From Piromyces finnis finn (taxonomy: Eukaryota > Fungi > Neocallimastigomycota), in assembly GCA_002104945.1 (NCBI GenBank), contig MCFH01000022.1, positions 620,001 to 684,000 of the forward strand: DNA of 64,000 bases, read 5' to 3'. Under the pieces are notes generated by a model. The model was not told where the DNA came from. It did not search any database and saw only the letters and a program-made list of their open reading frames with translations. The position numbers and the translations under genes were made by a program. How positions within the stretch are numbered: the stretch's first letter is position 1; the number at the start of each line of letters is the position of its first letter. Below, in pieces: positions 58,117-64,000 of the stretch.

Positions 58117-58605
58117 TTTTGATAAAGAAAATTTTACATTTTACATTAGTTGCTTGACACTTTTTTTACATTTATATCCCTTTATCCTAAAAACTCGTTA
58201 TCAGGAATGAATAAAAAAAAAAAGAAAGAAAATAAACAACATTCAATATAAACACAAAAAATTTTACAATGGTTCATTTTTCTATTATTATTTTTTTTTT
58301 AATTTATTCTTTTTACTTTTACTAATAATAAATTTTATAGATTTGGAAAAATAAATTATAAAATAAAAATAAAATTTTGCTGTAAAAAAGATAAAATACT
58401 ATTAATGAAAATTAAGAGATAAATTAATGCGTGTAGTAGAAGACTTAAAAAGTATATAAAAATAATACTATTAGTCTATGCGATTGTTAATTAATGAAAA
58501 ATATATATATATTTGTTTTTTTTTTTTTTTTTTTTTTTTGCAGTTGTTGCTTCCTTTCATAATAATGAATAGAAATTCTATAAATAGGTGGCGTTGATTC
58601 CTATT

Positions 58606-61600
58606 TTATACCGTAATAGCTTTATTACATAGTTCAATAATGTTTTTAATATCTTCCGCAGCCATAGCAATGGTATAATTCTTTTGGAAAATAGTAGTTG
58701 ACGTTGTATTACTGCTATTTATTTCATTGACAAGGGTATTAATAGATAATTTTTTGTTGGCGTCAATTTCTTTCTTTTTAGTAATTTCATTTTCAATTTC
58801 TTCATTTGAATTAGTTATTGTTGTTGATGGTGGAATAGTGTCATTTTCTTTTGATTCTTTTTTGATAGTGGTAGGATCTGTTTCGTCTGATGGACGACGG
58901 TCTATATTATTATTTTGTATTTTAACTTCAGTATTGGTTTCTTTATTGTTTTCGGTGTTACCTTCTATATTATGTTCAGTATCTTTTTCAGTATTGGTTT
59001 CAATGTTTGGCTCAGTATTGTTTTCGGTATTTTCGATTTTCGTTATATCCATAGTCTTAGCATCATTGGAATTTTCAGCTATTTTTTCTTTGGCATCATT
59101 TAATGTAGCTGGCTTTGGTTTTTCTTGTTCATTCGATTTAGTTCTATTCTTGGTACTTGTCGTCGTTTTATTTTTATTGAGAGTGTTATTGTTTGCCTTT
59201 GTATTTGCTTTTGGAATATTACTATTAACACGCGAAGTTACATTTGTGTTTGGCTTAACGCCAGTTTTGGTACGAGTGGTAACGTTAGTCTTTGGTTTAA
59301 CACCAATCTTAGAACGAGAAACTGTAGTTTTAGAAACTGATTCAGGTTGATCATTTTCTAATTGGGCTACTATTGATTTAACATTAATCTTTGTTTTCTT
59401 TGCACGATCAGTTCTTTCACTGGCCTTCTTTGCTTCTATACTATTTACTGTAGCATTACTAGATTTATTTAAGGTTTCCTTTAATTTATTGATGTTTTTA
59501 TTACTGTTGTTACCACCTGGTTTAGAGATTGTTTTCACTGGACTTGGACTAGATAATCTTGAGGTATTTAACTTTGATGTAGATGCCTTTTTAGCTGTTA
59601 TCTTTGGAGTGGACGGCTTTGAAGCATTTACCTTTGGTGTGGCAAGTTTTGGAGTAGATGGTTTTGAAGCATTTACCTTTGGTGTGGTAAGCTTTGGAGT
59701 AGATGGCTTTGAAACATTTACCTTTGGTGTGGTAAGCTTTGGAGTAGATGGCTTTGAAACATATACCTTTGGTGTGGTGAGCTTTGGAGTAGATGGCTTT
59801 GAAACATTTACCTTTGGTGTGGTGAGCTTTGGAGTAGATGATTTTGTAGATATTGTACTAGCATCATCACTTGTTTTTGACATTTTATTATCGGTTTCAT
59901 TTGAATCTTTTTCTACAGAAGGAGTACGTTTATCATCGTCATTTATCTTTGACTCGGTCATTTTATTCTCCATGACCTTTGGAACTTCTAAAATTGGTTC
60001 AAGAAGAACAGGCTTTGGTAATTTAGATATAGTTTCTTCTAAAAGTTTAGCACTCTTTGCTAAACCTTCTAAAAGTAAAAGGTATCGAGGAAGACGTTGA
60101 ATTGGTAAAATAAGGTAACCTAAGATATCTACTTGATTATGATCCATTCTTTCAGTACATGATTTCAAAAAGGTTCTCAACTTTTTCAACTTCTTTTTAT
60201 TCTCTCGTTCAAATATTGAACAATCCACACTGAAATGAAGTTCTTCCGCCTGCATTAACAAATCTTCACTATTGTATTTTTGTTTCTGAGTAGAATTGAG
60301 AATAGAAACAAAATCAGAGGCTTTCTTAAAGTTAATATAGTATTGCTTATATATAAATTGGAATGGCCAAAGTACTATTTTAAAGAATGTTTCAATGGAA
60401 ATAGATTGGTTAATCAATTTTGCAAAGTTAACAGACTTTAAGCTTTCAGGGTCATTAATTAATTTAATATTCTTTTCGTGTTCCTTTCGAACTAAATCAA
60501 GTTTTGGGTAAAAGATTTCACTATGGAATTGATAAATATTTACAATGTTGGAAAAAAGATAGTTCATTTCAGTTGGGTTTAAAACTTGATTTTGTTCTAA
60601 TGGATAGTAATAAATTTCTAAAAGTTTGCTTAATTCATGAACATAGGTTTTTTCTGTGGAAGCAATTTCACAAATAATGTTGTTAATTTTCTTAAGATGC
60701 TTTTCAATTAAATTCATTGTTTCATTTAACTCATCGTTACCTTCGGTACGAGAAGCTAAACATTCTTGGCCCATGGAAAGATGTTTTAAAATTTGGTTAT
60801 TTTGAATGGTACGTGATGAGCAGCACATAGAAGTAGAGGGTGACACTAAAGTAATCATCGATTCTCCATCACTTTCATCCATTGAAGAATTGGAGAATGC
60901 TTTTTGTTGATTAATTGTTTCACTCCATTCTTCATTAATAATTTCTTTGAGATTATCAAAAGTAATACTAATTATACTATCACCTAAGCTTATAGCACTA
61001 TCAGCAGAAATATGTTTATCTTTATTCTTTTCAATTAGTTTGTTAATTAATTTAAATGGTGTTGATTGAATACCAGAATCAGAGAATACATCAAGCTTAA
61101 TTAAGTTATTTCCACTTAACTTTGAGGCATACACAAGAGAAGCGGGGTTTTCCATCAATTCATCATCACTACATGGAACAGCAGAAGACACTCTTTTAGG
61201 AATTTCTATGGAAGTATTCAATGGGACTACGACCATCTTTGATGGAGTCAAAGGATCTCCTATAGAAGATTTAATATCAGGTTTATCCTCCGTATGTGTG
61301 GTGGTAGATTTTAAATCATCATCTTGATATGGACCAGAGATAGTAATTTTCATATCTTCAATAGAAGCACTATTTCTTCTTTTCTTTATTAAATTATTAG
61401 CACCATTCAATGATTGCATAAACATTGAAAATACATAAGAAGTAGAACCTCTGGAATCTCTTTTATCTGAAATGCCACTAACTTCACTTGCATTATCGCT
61501 AAATGAATTATTGGATTCAAAGCTTTCATTCATTTCTAAACTAGATCTCTTCTTGATTAAACTAGTAAGATTCTTTGGTTTAATAATATTGCTTATGTTC

Positions 61601-64000
61601 TTTTTTAATAATTTCTTAACATTGATAGAACTAATGCTCATTCCATCTACTTCATCGTCATTTATCATAGATTCATTTTCATTTAATTTCATTTTTTCAA
61701 TAGGTGGTTCAAATTTATCATTCATGTTTTCATTATTCTTTTCCAATTTCTTCTTTAATGCTTCTTCTTCTTCTTTTCTTTTTTCTTCTTGTTTTACTTG
61801 ATCAATGATTTCTTCAGCTCTTAATGAATCACCAATTAATTCTTCATTATGAGAATGTTTCGTTTGATAATAATGAGTTTCTTCTACATATTGATTTAAA
61901 ATAAATGAATTTTCACTAATTTCACATATTTGACTTTGGTCCAGGGTATGCTTTTTAACAGTATAACTTGGAATTGCTTTATCATCGTCTCTGCGTACAA
62001 AATTATTTAATAAAGGTTTACTGTCTAACGGTGTCGATAATGTAACTTTGTTAATAGATTCTGGTTCAGCAGAAAATTCTTGGCTAATCAAGTATGTATC
62101 ATCCTTTGAATCCTTGAACTCATCATCATCATCATATTCTTCTTCAACCACCATGTTATCGTTAGAAGAACTATTGGGTTGCAGGGATTCCCTTCTAGTA
62201 TTTCTTCTGGGTATATTTGGTGATAAATGTATAGTTTCTGTAGTTTTAACATTCGTATCAATAGTTAATGGTTTAGACGTTGTAGATAATGGAGCCTTTG
62301 TTGTATTTAAGGTTGATGAACTTTTGTTAGCCTTATTAGAAATTGATGAGGTCTTTGTAATAATACTATTTGATTTATTTTTAGATGCGGAAAGAGTTGG
62401 AGTTTTCATTTTTGTGACCGATGATACCTTTGGAGATATTGTTAATGTTTTTCCAGAAATTAATGAACTAGAAAGTGTAGGCGTTTTTGTTTTGGTAGAT
62501 GATGATAAAGAACCTTTATAGGATGCTTTTCCCATTGAGCTAATACTAGATGAGGAAGAGATTCTAGAAACAGTTCCTGTTGGAGTTTTCGACCTTGCTA
62601 TAGAATAATTAGTTTCAGATGACTTGTTCGCTAATGAAGAAAGAGAGGAAGTAGAAGATACCTTTGATAATGTTGGTCTTAGTGATGAAGATACCTTACT
62701 GGGTACCTTTTTTGGAATAGAACCAAAATTAGAATCAACTCTTGACTTCACCGCTTTCATAAGAGGTGAAGAGTTATCCTTAAGTCTTACAGAAGAAAAT
62801 GAATTGGACGTTGGTTTTAAACTTGGAGAGGTATATGTCGAAGAAGATATTGATGTTTTCGATATATTTGTATTATTTAATTTTGACCTTATTATTGGTT
62901 CCTTTTTAAGTGGTGATTGCCTACCTGGCTGACTAGATATTGGAGTACTTTGCTTTTCAAAAAGTTGAAGAGTTTGTGGATTTAACTTTTTAATTTTTGG
63001 GGTAGATGGCGGTACAGGCGATGATCTTCTTTGAGTTGCTGCATTATCAAAAATAGATTTTAATGTGTGTATAGAGACGCTTGATGCAAATGAATTATTA
63101 GATGATTTGTGGGTAATAGTTGATAGGGAAGAAATAGTTGATAGGTTTGAAATTGATGAAACCTTTGAGAGGTTATTTGTTTCTGAAGTATTTGATTTTA
63201 AATCCTTTTGTGAAAATTTAGCATCAGAAAAGTTAGACTCACAGTCTAAAAAGTCATCTGTAGTAACTGAAATATCATCATAATTTTTTGTATCTGCAAT
63301 AAATGATGATGGATGAGACTTGTCATGTTTATCTTCATCATCACTAAAAGCTATTTCATTTGGATCGAAATGATTAAGAGCATCAGGATCATATTTTATA
63401 TTTTTAATATATTCATCTAGAATTTCATTATTAGTGGAATTACTTCTGTCAATATTATCATCAAATTTTGAAGTACCAGTAGGTGATGGAGGCATAGATC
63501 CATTGCCTTCAAATTTTGAAGCATTTTTTACAGTTAAAATAGGAGCTACAATAGGAGACGTAGATACTGGAGTTTCAATTGGAGTAATATCGTTTAATCC
63601 AATGGATTCTGTTTTAGCTAAATTTTGAAGAGATTTAGATAAAGTTGTAACTAATTCATTTTCTTTACGATTATTTTCTAGCTTTTTTGCTTTATTGTCT
63701 AATTCTGCAGATGATGACGTTACAACAACATGAGGGATATCATTTTTTGTAACTATATTAGTGGATTCTATTTTCTTTACAAGATGTGATTTGGTATTAG
63801 CAATAGATGAAATGGAATTTTTAACTCTTACAGTAGAGGTTGAAGATGTCGATGAAGCTCTTGAGGAAGGCAATGAATTGACTTTAGCTTTAACATTAGC
63901 ATATGGATTTTGTTTGGTTCTTCGAACCATATGTGTAGAAGTATTTGAAGAAGTTGTTGAATTTTGTGATGAATATGGAGTGGGTGAAGTTGTTAATTTT
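58606..64000 (-). CDS. Large RhoGEF (Dbl-homology domain) protein with extensive S/T/K-rich disordered regions; 5' end lies beyond the window
   Basis: The frame is open from the window edge (KLTTSPTPYSS...HMVRR) to 58606. DH motifs: INNIICEIASTEKTYVHELSKLLEIYYYPL, YLFSNIVNIYQFHSE, YKQYYINFKKA and ILGYLILPIQRLPRYLLLLEGLAK. The terminal helix AAEDIKNIIELCNKAIT may be followed by an intron (acg|gtataa). Confidence 0.85.
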   Translation of the reverse strand, partial: KLTTSPTPYSSQNSTTSSNTSTHMVRRTKQNPYANVKAKVNSLPSSRASSTSSTSTVRVKNSISSIANTKSHLVKKIESTNIVTKNDIPHVVVTSSSAELDNKAKKLENNRKENELVTTLSKSLQNLAKTESIGLNDITPIETPVSTSPIVAPILTVKNASKFEGNGSMPPSPTGTSKFDDNIDRSNSTNNEILDEYIKNIKYDPDALNHFDPNEIAFSDDEDKHDKSHPSSFIADTKNYDDISVTTDDFLDCESNFSDAKFSQKDLKSNTSETNNLSKVSSISNLSTISSLSTITHKSSNNSFASSVSIHTLKSIFDNAATQRRSSPVPPSTPKIKKLNPQTLQLFEKQSTPISSQPGRQSPLKKEPIIRSKLNNTNISKTSISSSTYTSPSLKPTSNSFSSVRLKDNSSPLMKAVKSRVDSNFGSIPKKVPSKVSSSLRPTLSKVSSTSSLSSLANKSSETNYSIARSKTPTGTVSRISSSSSISSMGKASYKGSLSSSTKTKTPTLSSSLISGKTLTISPKVSSVTKMKTPTLSASKNKSNSIITKTSSISNKANKSSSTLNTTKAPLSTTSKPLTIDTNVKTTETIHLSPNIPRRNTRRESLQPNSSSNDNMVVEEEYDDDDEFKDSKDDTYLISQEFSAEPESINKVTLSTPLDSKPLLNNFVRRDDDKAIPSYTVKKHTLDQSQICEISENSFILNQYVEETHYYQTKHSHNEELIGDSLRAEEIIDQVKQEEKRKEEEEALKKKLEKNNENMNDKFEPPIEKMKLNENESMINDDEVDGMSISSINVKKLLKKNISNIIKPKNLTSLIKKRSSLEMNESFESNNSFSDNASEVSGISDKRDSRGSTSYVFSMFMQSLNGANNLIKKRRNSASIEDMKITISGPYQDDDLKSTTTHTEDKPDIKSSIGDPLTPSKMVVVPLNTSIEIPKRVSSAVPCSDDELMENPASLVYASKLSGNNLIKLDVFSDSGIQSTPFKLINKLIEKNKDKHISADSAISLGDSIISITFDNLKEIINEEWSETINQQKAFSNSSMDESDGESMITLVSPSTSMCCSSRTIQNNQILKHLSMGQECLASRTEGNDELNETMNLIEKHLKKINNIICEIASTEKTYVHELSKLLEIYYYPLEQNQVLNPTEMNYLFSNIVNIYQFHSEIFYPKLDLVRKEHEKNIKLINDPESLKSVNFAKLINQSISIETFFKIVLWPFQFIYKQYYINFKKASDFVSILNSTQKQKYNSEDLLMQAEELHFSVDCSIFERENKKKLKKLRTFLKSCTERMDHNQVDILGYLILPIQRLPRYLLLLEGLAKSAKLLEETISKLPKPVLLEPILEVPKVMENKMTESKINDDDKRTPSVEKDSNETDNKMSKTSDDASTISTKSSTPKLTTPKVNVSKPSTPKLTTPKVYVSKPSTPKLTTPKVNVSKPSTPKLTTPKVNASKPSTPKLATPKVNASKPSTPKITAKKASTSKLNTSRLSSPSPVKTISKPGGNNSNKNINKLKETLNKSSNATVNSIEAKKASERTDRAKKTKINVKSIVAQLENDQPESVSKTTVSRSKIGVKPKTNVTTRTKTGVKPNTNVTSRVNSNIPKANTKANNNTLNKNKTTTSTKNRTKSNEQEKPKPATLNDAKEKIAENSNDAKTMDITKIENTENNTEPNIETNTEKDTEHNIEGNTENNKETNTEVKIQNNNIDRRPSDETDPTTIKKESKENDTIPPSTTITNSNEEIENEITKKKEIDANKKLSINTLVNEINSSNTTSTTIFQKNYTIAMAAEDIKNIIELCNKAITV
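59572..59841 (-). repeat. Coding tandem repeat, 45-bp / 15-aa unit (PSTPKLTTPKVNVSK), ~6 copies
   Basis: Visible in both the DNA (ctttggtgtggtaagctttggagtagatggctttgaaacattta) and the translation. Confidence 0.95.

Noticed and set aside
58727-63628. Numerous + strand ORFs antisense to the RhoGEF (and similar ORFs opposite CotH, STI1, TAF12 and the 2650 gene)
   Set aside because: They are shadow ORFs produced by the codon bias and low complexity of the real genes, with no independent protein features.

Overview
Extremely AT-rich, intron-rich eukaryotic DNA. Base composition, poly-A/T tracts, (AAT)n microsatellites and a secreted CotH kinase point to an anaerobic gut fungus (Neocallimastigomycota); this is inferred. 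I can support 11 protein-coding genes, most rebuilt by hand across GT-AG introns: the 3' part of a PX/Nexin_C sorting nexin (+), a small protein with a possible Alba-like fold (+), a TLC-domain ceramide synthase (+), TAF12 (-), a ~1045-aa orphan with a long disordered region (+), DNAJC11 (-), GDP-mannose 4,6-dehydratase (+), a Tfc7/tau55-like histidine phosphatase (-), STI1/HOP (-), an intronless CotH kinase (-), and a large RhoGEF (DH) protein that runs off the right edge (-). A ~16-kb gene-free tract (11.7-27.5 kb) holds tandem duplications and decayed coding fragments. The most striking unexplained feature is a ~0.5-kb GC-richer non-coding element present twice, 39 kb apart (18433-18956 and 57560-58116). 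Both copies have a poly(A) tail on the minus strand and flanking direct repeats (a 13-bp and an 8-bp candidate target-site duplication). One copy is 5'-truncated, the head has a tRNA-like GGTTCGA motif, and the body has hairpins with at least one compensatory base change. This fits a structured SINE-like retroposon family. Splicing oddities include several 3-14-nt micro-exons, A-tract acceptors and a distant branch point.
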